NCBI GenBank assembly: GCA_964016885.1
Contig: OZ024740.1
Coordinates: 336,660,001-336,724,000 of the forward strand
Reading direction: 5' to 3'
DNA from: Eledone cirrhosa
Lineage: Eukaryota
Length of the DNA: 64,000 nt
The translations under genes and the position numbers were made by a program. The number at the start of each line of letters is the position of its first letter. Within the stretch, counting starts at the first letter, position 1. This document shows positions 1-12,062 of this stretch, in pieces. Below the pieces are notes generated by a model. It did no database searches. It saw only the letters and a program-made list of their open reading frames with translations, and was not told the origin of the DNA.

Positions 1-3000
1 GTTGGATCTCTGTGGTTGGGGTTGGAGCTGGGGGTGTTGGATATCTGTGGTTGGGGCTGAAGCTGTGGGTGTTGGATCTCTGTGGTTGGGGTTGGAGCGT
101 GAGGTGTTGGATCTCTGTGGTTGGGGTTGGAGCTGGAGGTGTTGGATCTCTGTGGTTGGGGTTGGAGCTGGAGGTGTTGGATCTCTGTGGTTGGGGTTGG
201 AACTGGGGGTGTTGGATATCTGTGGTTGGGGTTGGAGCTGGGGGTGTTGGATATCTGTTGTTGGGGCTGAAGCTGGGGGTGTTGGATCTCTGTCGTTGGG
301 GCTGAAGCTGGAGGTGTTGGATCTCTGTGGTTGGGGCTGAAGCTGGGGGTGTTGGATCTCTGTGGTTGGGGCTGGAGCTGGAGTTGTTGGATCTCTGTGG
401 TTGGGGTTGGATCTGGGGGTGTTGGATCTCTGTTGTTGGGGTTGGAGCTGGGGTGTTGGATCTCTGTGGTTGGGGCTGAAGCTGGGGGTGTTGGATCTCT
501 GTGGTTGGGGCTGGAGCTGGAGGTGTTGGATCTCTGTGGTTGGGGTTGGAGCTGGAGGTGTTGGATCTCTGTGGTTGGGGCTGAAGCTGGGGGTGTTGGA
601 TCTCTGTAGTTGGGGCTGGAGCTGGAGGTGTTGGATCTCTGTGGTTGGGGTTGGAGCTGGGGTGTTTGATCTCTGTGGTTGGGGTTGGAGCTGGGGTGTT
701 GGATCTCTGTGGTTGGGGTTGGAGCGTGAGGTGTTGGATCTCTGTGGTTGGGGTTGGAGCTGGAGGTGTTGGATTTCTGTGGTTGGGGCTGAAGCTGGGG
801 GTGTTGGATCTCTGTGGTTGGGGTTGGAGCTGGAGGTGTTGGATCTCTGTGGGGTTGGAGCTGGGGGTGTTGGATCTCTGTGGGGTTGGAGCTGGGGGTG
901 TGGGATCTCTGTGGTTGGGGTTGGAGCTGGGGGTGTTGGATCTCTGTGGTTGGTGTTGGAGCTGGAGGTGTTGGATCTCTGTGGGGTTGGAGCTGGGGGT
1001 GTTGGATCTCTGTGGTTGGGGTTGGAGCTGGAGGTGTTGGATTTCTGTGGTTGGGGCTGAAGCTGGGGGTGTTGGATCTCTGTGGTTGGGGCTGGAGCTG
1101 GAGGTGTTGGATCTCTGTAGTTGGGGTTGGAGCTGGAGGTGTTGGATATCTGTGGTTGGGGCTGAAGCTGGGGGTGTTGGATCTCTGTGGTTGGGGCTGG
1201 AGCTGGAGGTGTTGGATCTCTGTGGTTGGGGCTGGAGCTGGGGGTGTTGGATCTCTGTGGTTGGGGTTGGAGCTGCGGTGTTGGATCTCTGTGGTTGGGG
1301 TTGGAGCGTGAGGTGTTGGATCTCTGTGGTTGGGGTTGGAGCTGGAGGTGTTGGATTTCTGTGGTTGGGGTTGGAGCTGGGGGTGTTGGATATCTGTGGT
1401 TGGGGCTGAAGCTGGGGGTGTTGGATCTCTGTGGTTGGGGCTGGAGCTGGAGGTGTTGGATCTCTGTGGGGTTGGAGCTGGAGGTGTTGGATCTCTGTGG
1501 TTGGGGCTGGAGCTGGAGGTGTTGGATCTCTGTGGGGTTGGAGCTGGAGGTGTTGGATCTCTGTGGGGTTGGAGCTGGAGGTGTTGAATCTCTGTGGGGT
1601 TGGAGCTGGAGGTGTTGGATCTCTGTGGTTGGGGTTGGAGCTGGAGGTGTTGGATCTCTGTGGTTGGGGCTGGAGCTGGAGGTGTTGGATCTCTGTGTTT
1701 GGGGTTGGAGCTGGGGGTGTTGGATATCTGTGGTTGGGGCTGAAGCTGGAGGTGTTGGATCTCTGTGGTTGGGGCTGGAGCTGGAGGTGTTGGATCTCTG
1801 TGGGGTTGGAGCTGGAGGTGTTGGATCTCTGTGGTTGGGGTTGGAGCTGGAGGTGTTGGAAATCTGTGGTTGGTGTTGGAGCTGGAGGTGTTGGATCTCT
1901 GTGGTTGGGGTTGGAGCTGGGGGTGTTGGATCTCTGTGGTTGGGGTTGGAGCTGGGGGTGTTGGATCTCTGTGGGGTTGGAGCTGGGTGTGTTGGATCTC
2001 TGTGGGGTTGGAGCTGGAGGTGTTGGATCTCTGTGGGGTTGGAGCTGGAGGTGTTGGATCTCTGTGGGGTTGGAGCTGGAGGTGTTGGATCTCTGTGGGG
2101 TTTGAGCTGGAGGTGTTGGGTCTCTGTGGGTTTGGAGCTGGAGGTGTTGGATCTCTGTGGTTGGGGCTGGAGCTGGGGGTGTTGGATCTCTGTGGTTGGG
2201 GTTGGAGCTGGGGGTGTTGTATCTCTGTGTTTGGGGTTGGAGCTGGAGGTGTTGGATCTCTGTGTTTGGGGCTGAAGCTGGGGGTGTTGGATCTCTGTGG
2301 TTGGGGCTGGGGGTGTTGTATCTCTGTGGTTGGGGTTGGAGCTGGAGGTGTTGGATCTCTGTGTTTGGGGCTGCAGCTGGGGGTGTTGGATCTCTGTGGT
2401 TGGGGCTGCAGCTGGGGGTGTTGGATCTCTGTGTTTGGGGCTGCAGCTGGGGGTGTTGGATCTCTGTGGTTGGGGCTGCAGCTGAGGGTGTTGGATCTCT
2501 GTGTTTGGGGCTGCAGCTGGGGGTGTTGGATCTCTGTGTTTGGGGCTGCAGCTGGGGGTGTTGGATCTCTGTGTTTGGGGCTGCAGCTGGGGGTGTTGGA
2601 TCTCTGTGGTTGGGGCTGGGTGTGTTGGATCTCTGTGGGGTTGGAGCTGGAGGTGTTGGATCTCTGTGGTTGGGGCTGGAGCTGGGGGTGTTGGATCTCT
2701 GTGGTTGGGGTTGGAGCTGGGGCTGTTGGATCTCTGTGGTTGGGGTTGGAGCTGGAGGTGTTGGATCTCTGTGGTTGGGGTTGGAGCTGGAGGTGTTGGA
2801 TCTCTGTCGTTGGGGCTGGAGCTGGGGGTGTTGGATCTCTGTGGTTGGTGTTGGAGCTGGAGGTGTTGGATCTCTGTGGTTGGGGCTGAAGCTGGGGGTG
2901 TTGGATCTCTGTGGTTGGGGCTGGAGCTGGAGGTGTTGGATCTCAGTGGGGTTGGAGCTGGAGGTGTTGGATCTCTGTGGTTGGGGTTGGAGCTGGGGTG

Positions 3001-6000
3001 TTGGATCTCTGTGGTTGGGGCTGAAGCTGGGGGTGTTGGATCTCTGTGGTTGGGGCTGGAGCTGGAGGTGTTGGATCTCTGTGGTTGGGGTTGGTACTGG
3101 GGGTGTTGGATCTCTGTGGGGTTGGGGTTGGAGCTGGGGTGTTGGATCTCTGTGGTTGGGGTTGGAGCTGGGGTGTTTGATCTATGTGGTTGGGGTTGGA
3201 GCTGGGGTGTTGGATCTCTGTGGTTGGGGTTGGAGCGTGAGGTGTTGGATCTCTGTGGTTGGGGTTGGAGCTGGAGGTGTTGGATATCTGTGGTTGGGGC
3301 TGAAGCTGGGGGTGTTGGATCTCTGTGGTTGGGGCTGGAGCTGGAGGCGTTGGATTTCTGTGGTTGGGGTTGGAGCTGGGGGTGTTGGATCTCTGTGGTT
3401 GGGGCTGGAGCTGGAGGTGTTGGATCTCTGTGGGGTTGGAGCTGGAGGTGTTGGATCTCTGTGGTTGGGGTTGGAGCTGAAGTAGTTGGATTTCTGTGGT
3501 TGGGGTTGGAGCTGGGGGTGTTGGATATCTGTGGTTGGGGCTGAAGCTGGGGGTGTTGGATCTCTGTGGGGTTGGAGCTGGAGGTGTTGGATCTCTGTGG
3601 TTGGGGCTGGAGCTGGAGGTGTTGGATCTCTGTGGGGTTGGAGCTGGAGGTGTTGGATCTCTGTGGTTGGGATTGGAGCTGGAGGTGTTGGAAATCTGTG
3701 GTTGGGATTGGAGCTGGGGGTGTTGGATCTCTGTGGTTGGGGCTGGAGATGGAGGTGTTGGATCTCTGTGGTTGGGGTTGGAGCTGGGGGTGTTGGATTT
3801 CTGTGGTTGGGGTTGGAGCTGGGGGTGTTGGATCTCTGTGGTTGGGGCTGGAGAAGGAGGTGTTGGATCTCTGTGGTTGGGGTTGGAGCTGGAGGTGTTG
3901 GATCTCTGTGGTTGGGGTTGGAGCTGGGGGAGTTGGATCTCTGTGGTTGGGATTGGAGCTGGGGGTGTTGGATCTCTGTGGTTGGGGCTGGAGATGGAGG
4001 TGTTGGATCTCTGTGGTTGGGGTTGGAGCTGGGGGTGTTGGATCTCTGTGGGGTTGGAGCTGGGTGTGTTGGATCTCTGTGGGGTTGGAGCTGGAGGTGT
4101 TGGATCTCTGTGGGGTTGGAGCTGGAGGTGTTGGATTTCTGTGGGGTTGGAGCTGGAGGTGTTGGATCTCTGTGGGGGTTTGAGCTGGAGGTGTTGGGTC
4201 TCTGTGGGGTTGGAGCTGGAGGTGTTGGATCTCTGTGGTTGGGGTTGGAGCTGGAGGTGTTGGATCTCTGTGGTTGGGGCTGGAGCTGGGGGTGTTGTAT
4301 CTCTCTGGTTGGGGTTGGAGCTGGGGGTGTTGGATCTCTGTGTTTGGGGTTGGAGCTGGAGGTGTTGGATCTCTGTGTTTGGGGCTGAAGCTGGGGGTGT
4401 TGGATCTCTGTGGTTGGGGCTGGGGGTGTTGGATCTCTGTGGGGTTGGAGCTGGAGGTGTTGGATCTCTGTGGTTGGGGTTGGAGCTGGAGGTGTTGGAT
4501 CTCTGTGGTTGGGGCTGGAGCTGGGGGTGTTGGATCTCTGTGGTTGGTGTTGGAGGTGGAGGTGTTGGATCTCTGTGGTTGGGGCTGAAGCTGGGGGTGT
4601 TGGATCTCTGTGGTTGGGGCTGGAGCTGGAGGTGTTGGATCTCAGTGGGGTTGGAGCTGGAGGTGTTGGGTCTCTGTGGGGTTGGAGCTGGAGGTGTTGT
4701 ATCTCTGTGGTTGGGGTTGGAGCTGGAAGTTTTGGATCTCTGTCGTTGGGGCTGGAGCTGGGGGTGTTGGATCTCTGTGGTTGGTGTTGGAGGTGGAGGT
4801 GTTGGATCTCTGTGGTTGGGGCTGAAGCTGGGGGTGTTGGATCTCTGTGGTTGTGGCTGGAGCTGGAGGTGTTGGATCTCAGTGGGGTTGGAGCTGGAGG
4901 TGTTGGATCTCTGTGGTTGGGGTTGGAGCTGGAGGTGTTGGATCTCTGTGGTTGGGGTTGCAGCTGGAGGTGTTGGATCTCTGTGGTTGGGGTTGGAGCT
5001 GGAGGTGTTGGATCTCTGTGGTTGGGGTTGCAGCTGGAGGTGTTGGATGTCTGTGGTTGGGGCTGGAGGTGGGGGTGTTGGATCTCTGTGGTTGGGATTG
5101 GTGCTGGGGGTGTTGGATCTCTGTGGTTGGGGTTGGAGCTGGAGGTGTTGGATATCTGTGGTTGGGATTGGAGCTGGGGGTGTTGGATCTCTGTGGTTGG
5201 GGCTGAAGCTGGGGGTGTTGGATCTCTGTGGTTGGGGTTGGAGCTGGAGGTGTTGGATCTCTGTGGTTGGGGTTGGAGCTGGAGGTGTTGGAAATCTGTG
5301 TTTGGGGTTGGAGCTGGGGGTGTTGGATATCTGTGGTTGGGGCTGAAGCTGGAGGTGTTGGATCTCTGTGGTTGGGGCTGGAGCTGGAGGTGTTGGATCT
5401 CTGTGGGGTTGGAGCTGGAGGTGTTGGATCTCTGTGGTTGGGGTTGGAGCTGGAGGTGTTGGAAATCTGTGGTTGGTGTTGGAGCTGGAGGTGTTGGATC
5501 TCTGTGGTTGGGGTTGGAGCTGGGGGTGTTGGATCTCTGTGGTTGGGGTTTGAGCTGGGGGTGTTGGATCTCTGTGGGGTTGGAGCTGGGTGTGTTGGAT
5601 CTCTGTGGGGTTGGAGCTGGAGGTGTTGGATCTCTGTGGGGTTGGAGCTGGAGGTGTTGGATCTCTGTGGGGTTGGAGCTGGAGGTGTTGGATCTCTGTG
5701 GGGTTTGAGCTGGAGGTGTTGGGTCTCTGTGGGGTTGGGGCTGGAGGTGTTGGATCTCTGTGGTTGGGGCTGGAGCTGGGGGTGTTGGATCTCTGTGGTT
5801 GGGGTTGGAGCTGGGGGTGTTGTATCTCTGTGTTTGGGGTTGGAGCTGGAGGTGTTGGATCTCTGTGTTTGGGGCTGAAGCTGGGGGTGTTGGATCTCTG
5901 TGGTTGGGGCTGGGGGTGTTGTATCTCTGTGGTTGGGGTTGGAGCTGGAGGTGTTGGATCTCTGTGTTTGGGGCTGCAGCTGGGGGTGTTGGATCTCTGT

Positions 6001-9000
6001 GGTTGGGGCTGCAGCTGGGGGTGTTGGATCTCTGTGTTTGGGGCTGCAGCTGGGGGTGTTGGATCTCTGTGGTTGGGGCTGCAGCTGGGGGTGTTGGATC
6101 TCTGTGTTTGGGGCTGCAGCTGGGGGTGTTGGATCTCTGTGTTTGGGGCTGCAGCTGGGGGTGTTGGATCTCTGTGTTTGGGGCTGCAGCTGGGGGTGTT
6201 GGATCTCTGTGGTTGGGGCTGGGGGTGTTGGATCTCTGTGGGGTTGGAGCTGGAGGTGTTGGATCTCTGTGGTTGGGGCTGGAGCTGGGGGTGTTGGATC
6301 TCTGTGGTTGGGGTTGGAGCTGGGGCTGTTGGATCTCTGTGGTTGGGGTTGGAGCTGGAGGTGTTGGATCTCTGTGGTTGGGGTTGGAGCTGGAGGTGTT
6401 GGATCTCTGTCGTTGGGGCTGGAGCTGGGGGTGTTGGATCTCTGTGGTTGGTGTTGGAACTGGAGGTGTTGGATCTCTGTGGTTGGGGCTGAAGCTGGGG
6501 GTGTTGGATCTCTGTGGTTGGGGCTGGAGCTGGAGGTGTTGGATCTCAGTGGGGTTGGAGCTGGAGGTGTTGGATCTCTGTGGTTGGGGTTGGAGCTGGG
6601 GTGTTGGATCTCTGTGGTTGGGGCTGAAGCTGGGGGTGTTGGATCTCTGTGGTTGGGGCTGGAGCTGGAGGTGTTGGATCTCTGTGGTTGGGGTTGGTAC
6701 TGGGGGTGTTGGATCTCTGTGGGGTTGGGGTTGGAGCTGGGGTGTTGGATCTCTGTGGTTGGGGTTGGAGCTGGGGTGTTTGATCTCTGTGGTTGGGGTT
6801 GGAGCTGGGGTGTTGGATCTCTGTGGTTGGGGTTGGAGCGTGAGGCGTTGGATCTCTGTGGTTGGGGTTGGAGCTGGAGGTGTTGGATATCTGTGGTTGG
6901 GGCTGAAGCTGGGGGTGTTGGATCTCTGTGGTTGGGGCTGGAGCTGGAGGCGTTGGATTTCTGTGGTTGGGGTTGGAGCTGGGGGTGTTGGATCTCTGTG
7001 GTTGGGGCTGGAGCTGGAGGTGTTGGATCTCTGTGGGGTTGGAGCTGGAGGTGTTGGATCTCTGTGGTTGGGGTTGGAGCTGAAGTAGTTGGATTTCTGT
7101 GGTTGGGGTTGGAGCTGGGGGTGTTGGATCTCTGTGGTTGGGGCTGAAGCTGGGGGTGTTGGATCTCTGTGGGGTTGGAGCTGGAGGTGTTGGATCTCTG
7201 TGGTTGGGGCTGGAGCTGGAGGTGTTGGATCTCTGTGGGGTTGGAGCTGGAGGTGTTGGAAATCTGTGGTTGGGATTGGAGCTGGGGGTGTTGGATCTCT
7301 GTGGTTGGGGCTGGAGATGGAGGTGTTGGATCTCTGTGGTTGGGGTTGGAGCTGGGGGTGTTGGATTTCTGTGGTTGGGGTTGGAGCTGGGGGTGTTGGA
7401 TCTCTGTGGTTGGGGCTGGAGAAGGAGGTGTTGGATCTCTGTGGTTGGGGTTGGAGCTGGAGGTGTTGGATCTCTGTGGTTGGGGTTGGAGCTGGGGGAG
7501 TTGGATCTCTGTGGTTGGGATTGGAGCTGGGGGTGTTGGATCTCTGTGGTTGGGGCTGGAGATGGAGGTGTTGGATCTCTGTGGTTGGGGTTGGAGCTGG
7601 GGGTGTTGGATCTCTGTGGGGTTGGAGCTGGGTGTGTTGGATCTCTGTGGGGTTGGAGCTGGAGGTGTTGGATCTCTGTGGGGTTGGAGCTGGAGGTGTT
7701 GGATTTCTGTGGGGTTGGAGCTGGAGGTGTTGGATCTCTGTGGGGGTTTGAGCTGGAGGTGTTGGGTCTCTGTGGGGTTGGAGCTGGAGGTGTTGGATCT
7801 CTGTGGTTGGGGTTGGAGCTGGAGGTGTTGGATCTCTGTGGTTGGGGCTGGAGCTGGGGGTGTTGTATCTCTCTGGTTGGGGTTGGAGCTGGGGGTGTTG
7901 GATCTCTGTGTTTGGGGTTGGAGCTGGAGGTGTTGGATCTCTGTGTTTGGGGCTGAAGCTGGGGGTGTTGGATCTCTGTGGTTGGGGCTGGGGGTGTTGG
8001 ATCTCTGTGGGGTTGGAGCTGGAGGTGTTGGATCTCTGTGGTTGGGGTTGGAGCTGGAGGTGTTGGATCTCTGTGGTTGGGGCTGGAGCTGGGGGTGTTG
8101 GATCTCTGTGGTTGGTGTTGGAGGTGGAGGTGTTGGATCTCTGTGGTTGGGGCTGAAGCTGGGGGTGTTGGATCTCTGTGGTTGGGGCTGGAGCTGGAGG
8201 TGTTGGATCTCAGTGGGGTTGGAGCTGGAGGTGTTGGGTCTCTGTGGGGTTGGAGCTGGAGGTGTTGTATCTCTGTGGTTGGGGTTGGAGCTGGAGGTTT
8301 TGGATCTCTGTCGTTGGGGCTGGAGCTGGGGGTGTTGGATCTCTGTGGTTGGTGTTGGAGGTGGAGGTGTTGGATCTCTGTGGTTGGGGCTGAAGCTGGG
8401 GGTGTTGGATCTCTGTGGTTGGGGCTGGAGCTGGAGGTATTGGATCTCAGTGGGGTTGGAGCTGGACGTGTTGGATCTCTGTGGTTGGGGTTGGAGCTGG
8501 AGGTGTTGGATCTCTGTGGTTGGGGTTGGAGCTGGAGGTGTTGGATCTCTGTGGTTGGGGTTGGAGCTGGAGGTGTTGGATCTCTGTGGTTGGGGTTGCA
8601 GCTGGAGGTGTTGGATGTCTGTGGTTGGGGCTGGAGCTGGGGGTGTTGGATCTCTGTGGTTGGGATTGGAGCTGGGGGTGTTGGATCTCTGTGGTTGGGG
8701 TTGGAGCTGGAGGTGTTGGATATCTGTGGTTGGGATTGGAGCTGGGGGTGTTGGATCTCTGTGGTTGGGGCTGAAGCTGGGGGTGTTGGATCTCTGTGGT
8801 TGGGGTTGGAGCTGGAGGTGTTGGATCTCTGTGGTTGGGGTTGGAGCTGGAGGTGTTGGAAATCTGTGGTTGGTGTTGGAGCTGGAGGTGTTGGATCTCT
8901 GTGGTTGGGGTTGGAGCTGGGGGTGTTGGATCTCTGTGGTTGGGGTTGGAGCTGGGCGTGTTGGATCTCTGTGGTTGGGGTTGGAGCTGGAGGTGTTGGA

Positions 9001-9136
9001 TCTGGTGTGGTTGGGGTTGGAGCTGGGGGTGTTGGATCTCTGTGGTTGGGGTTGGAGCTGGGCGTGTTGGATCTCTGTGGTTGGGGTTGGAGCTGGAGGT
9101 GTTGGATCTGGTGTGGTTGGGGTTGGAGCTGGAGCT
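1..9136. repeat. 35-bp G-rich minisatellite array (consensus GTTGGATCTCTGTGGTTGGGGTTGGAGCTGGRGGT), truncated by the window start
   Basis: Continuous tandem units of 35 bp with 30-, 34- and 36-bp variants. Diagnostic variants recur at offsets of 3603 and then 3568 bp. Confidence 0.98.
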
Positions 9137-9249
9137 TGAATTTGACCTTAGAGCGCTGGTGCAGCTGTACATGGGGATGGTTCCAATTCATGTTGGAGCA
9201 TCAGGGTTAAAAGGGAAGATCCCACAGGCTCTAAATACCGTTTCTTTAC
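9137..9249 (-). pseudogene. Fragment of a pogo/Tigger/Fot1-like (DDE_1) transposase C-terminus
   Basis: Minus strand 9235-9197 reads FRACGIFPFNPDA. The preceding bases GTAAAG-A-AACGGT-A-TTT give VKNGF if two 1-bp insertions are removed. This matches the (N/S)GFxxxG(I/L)xP(F/L)NP motif that closes pogo-family DDE domains. Confidence 0.7.
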
Positions 9250-9269
9250 CTGTATATAGGTATATTGTA

Positions 9270-9318
9270 TGTGGTGGAGCTTAATGTTCCCTGGGACTTA
9301 ATACCCCCGTTCGCCCTA
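9270..9318 (-). mobile_element. Candidate terminal inverted repeat of a Tc1/mariner-pogo-like element, flanked by TA
   Basis: Minus strand reads TA|GGGCGAACGGGGGTATTAAGTCCCAGGGAACATTAAGCTCCAC, with an internal near-repeat (TATTAAGTCCCA/CATTAAGCTCCA), and directly precedes the transposase fragment. The partner TIR is not in the window. Confidence 0.45.
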
Positions 9319-9332
9319 TAGGAATGTGTGAC

Positions 9333-9505
9333 ATTCTTTTATTCTTTACTAATTTTAGTAACTGGACTGCGGCCATGCTGATGCACCCCAGTACTTGTTA
9401 AGGTCTTTTTTAAGTCTTGTATTGATTCTATCGATCTCTATTTGTCAAGCCGCTAAATTTGTAGGACAAATGGCACCGGCTGTTAAGCGATGTCGACATA
9501 AATAC
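9333..9505 (-). mobile_element. Decayed SINE fragment (family with CAGCATGGCC...AAAAGAATAAAAGA tail)
   Basis: Reverse complement resembles the + strand tail at about 31293-31355. Confidence 0.55.
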
Positions 9506-9662
9506 TGAGACGGACATGCACTGACACACACACACACATACTCATATATATATGTGTGTGTATGTATGTGTGTGTATGTGTGTGTGTGAGCGTGTGTGTG
9601 TATAGTGAGTATATTGAAACCGTTGGTAATGCGGTGTTAAGTCAAACTGTTAATAAATATAC

Positions 9663-9794
<132 letters not shown>

Positions 9795-10563
9795 ATATAT
9801 TGATATAGTTAATGTGTTAGGAAAAACATATAAGGCGTGATTAGAAAAATAATATTTAACTATACATTTTTACATATGTTTCGTTATTGAGTTATATCAC
9901 TGTCTACAGTTTTGTTAGGAAGTATTGCTAATTCCAATCAACCTTATCTATTGTCGCCATGTAGATCAACTGACACTAAATAGATTTGTTACCTGTCATC
10001 CATCCTGGCTTCAATACATTCTATTATATTAAGTCTATAGATGATCACTTCTAAACCAGTGGCAGGTACCATTTCTGTACAAGCAGAGACTCGGATACCC
10101 ATTGGTCAGCATGATAGCTACTCCTCCTTACCAGCACCACTATCAAAATATCTAGGAATTACACATTTTCTGATGAATTGTTGAGGTTAAAACATCCATT
10201 GTAGTAGAAGTAATAAATTCTATTAGAACCATTGTTGCTAGTTTGGCAGTTGCAGATAAGAGTGAAGTTAAGAACAAATATTTGGCGTCTACAGTCTATG
10301 TAATGTAGATTAGCTATTTGACGTAGGTAGGATTGATAGAGGTTGAAATAAGTGTAGAATTATAAGTTCCAATCCTTGGTTAGTTAGGGCTATAATTAGA
10401 GAATGTTTTTAGGAATTTACAGTTGAATTTCCTATTTTGTCTTGAATTCAGTAAATTATTAAGATTAAGATTTAAGATTTCTAGTACTTCCATATATTGA
10501 TATATATATATAGAGAGGGGACACCACATATCATGGGAGTACTCAATGTATGGGAAGATGCAT

Positions 10564-10619
10564 ATATGTATAATGAAATAAATATGGTTTTATAAATATA
10601 GTTTCCATTTATTAATATC

Positions 10620-10695
<76 letters not shown>

Positions 10696-10751
10696 GATAT
10701 TAATAAATGGAAACTATATTTATAAAACCATATTTATTTCATTATACATAT
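10564..10751. repeat. 188-bp perfect palindrome: 57-bp arms around a 74-bp (TA)n tract
   Basis: 10564-10620 is the exact reverse complement of 10695-10751. Confidence 0.95.
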
Positions 10752-10791
10752 TTCAGGGATACCAAATTAAATTATGGTATGCCTTCATCAG
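10745..10791 (-). ncRNA. Degenerate hammerhead-ribozyme-like motif
   Basis: Minus strand reads CTGATGA-AGGCATACCA-taatttaatt-TGGTATCCCT-GAAA-TATGTA. The core boxes and stem II are present, but stem I is not evident. Confidence 0.5.
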
Positions 10792-10974
10792 ACAAAATAC
10801 AATATATAACAGTTTTACAAATAAGCTTTGACGTACCCTTTTAAAATGCAACCATTATTTTTGGAATCCATTTATTAATATCGTATATCTACTCCAAATA
10901 ATTGTCGAGTGCTTTATATCAGTTATAAAAATATTTACTTGTTGTATCCCAACAATTTTAAATAGAACTTTGGC

Positions 10975-11103
<129 letters not shown>

Positions 11104-11399
11104 TGGGATGAAGCTTATAGAATAGAATGGACACAGCTTCGGTCGTTTCCTCACTCACTCAATAATTTAATTAAGTCCATATTATTAAATTCGAACCCAA
11201 CCGATTAGAGTGGACACGTACGTTATATATATATATATATATATATATAATATGTTGAGAAGGTAACACACCAGAGAGAGATATATAGTGCGTTATCAAT
11301 AATACAGGGGAAAAACCACCAGTGTATGGAATCTATAACCTATGAAAGGCAGACTATAGACACGATAATTAAAAATATAAATTAAAGCGTATATATATA

Positions 11400-11576
11400 T
11401 ATTAAAATAACAGATTAAAGTTTAAGCAAAGAATCGCTGCTTTCACCCTTAACGGGATCTTCTGAAACTAACAAAGTCAATCTGTAAACGCAGAAGTCAA
11501 TCTGTTAGTTTCAGAAGATCCCGTTAAGGGTGAAAGCAGCGATTCTTTGCTTAAACTTTAATCTGTTATTTTAATA
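11400..11576. repeat. Perfect inverted repeat, 74-bp arms and 29-nt spacer, derived from a dispersed repeat
   Basis: 11400-11473 is the exact reverse complement of 11503-11576. The same sequence recurs at about 34068-34107 and 34925-35035, and diverged at about 50222-50300. Confidence 0.93.
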
Positions 11577-12062
11577 AATTTTTGCTCTACGGTTCTTATA
11601 TATTTGATATATATTTATCCTTATCGAGCCCTCTTTGGATTTTAGTCTTCAAATTTATTATTATTTAAAAGCAGGCTAGTTGACCTCGTGCGGAATTATG
11701 AAAATAAACACACATGAAGAGACATGGCTGGTGACGTCAGAATGAGACGAATGTCTATTTACAAGAAACAGCAGTCAGAAACATTCCTAAAAAAACTCTA
11801 CAAAATGTAAGGAGTTCAGCAAAATAGTTATATATATATATATATATATATTTCGTTTCTGAATTTGTTTAGCAAGATTCTTTATCTGAAAACGTGTGTT
11901 GAAACCGATATTGTTATGCTTTGGGAGGGTCATGTTGCCAATAAGAAACACACGCACCAGTCGCTTTCACTCCAATTTATTATAAATTAAATTTATAAAT
12001 TTAAGAATTTATAAATTTACGGTTGGTTGGTTGGTTCCACAACCGGACGGTTGTTCATATAT

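Noticed and set aside
1-9136. CRISPR array (35-bp period)
   Set aside because: The units are contiguous with no unique spacers, there are no cas genes, and the context is eukaryotic.
1-9136. Telomeric repeat
   Set aside because: TTGGGG occurs only as part of a 35-bp unit, and there is no (TTAGGG)n array.
6546-9191. 881-aa mucin-like Pro/Thr/Gln ORF on the minus strand, and the many W/G/V-rich + strand ORFs in 1-9284
   Set aside because: The 35-bp unit is not a multiple of 3 and is nearly stop-free, so the peptide simply cycles through frames. There is no sign of coding constraint.
9880-10490. Possible Penelope GIY-YIG remnant on the minus strand (NLNNLLNS..., ICNC) with a GAAACATATGTA half-hammerhead near 9872
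   Set aside because: Too decayed to support by eye; it needs a frameshift-aware profile search.
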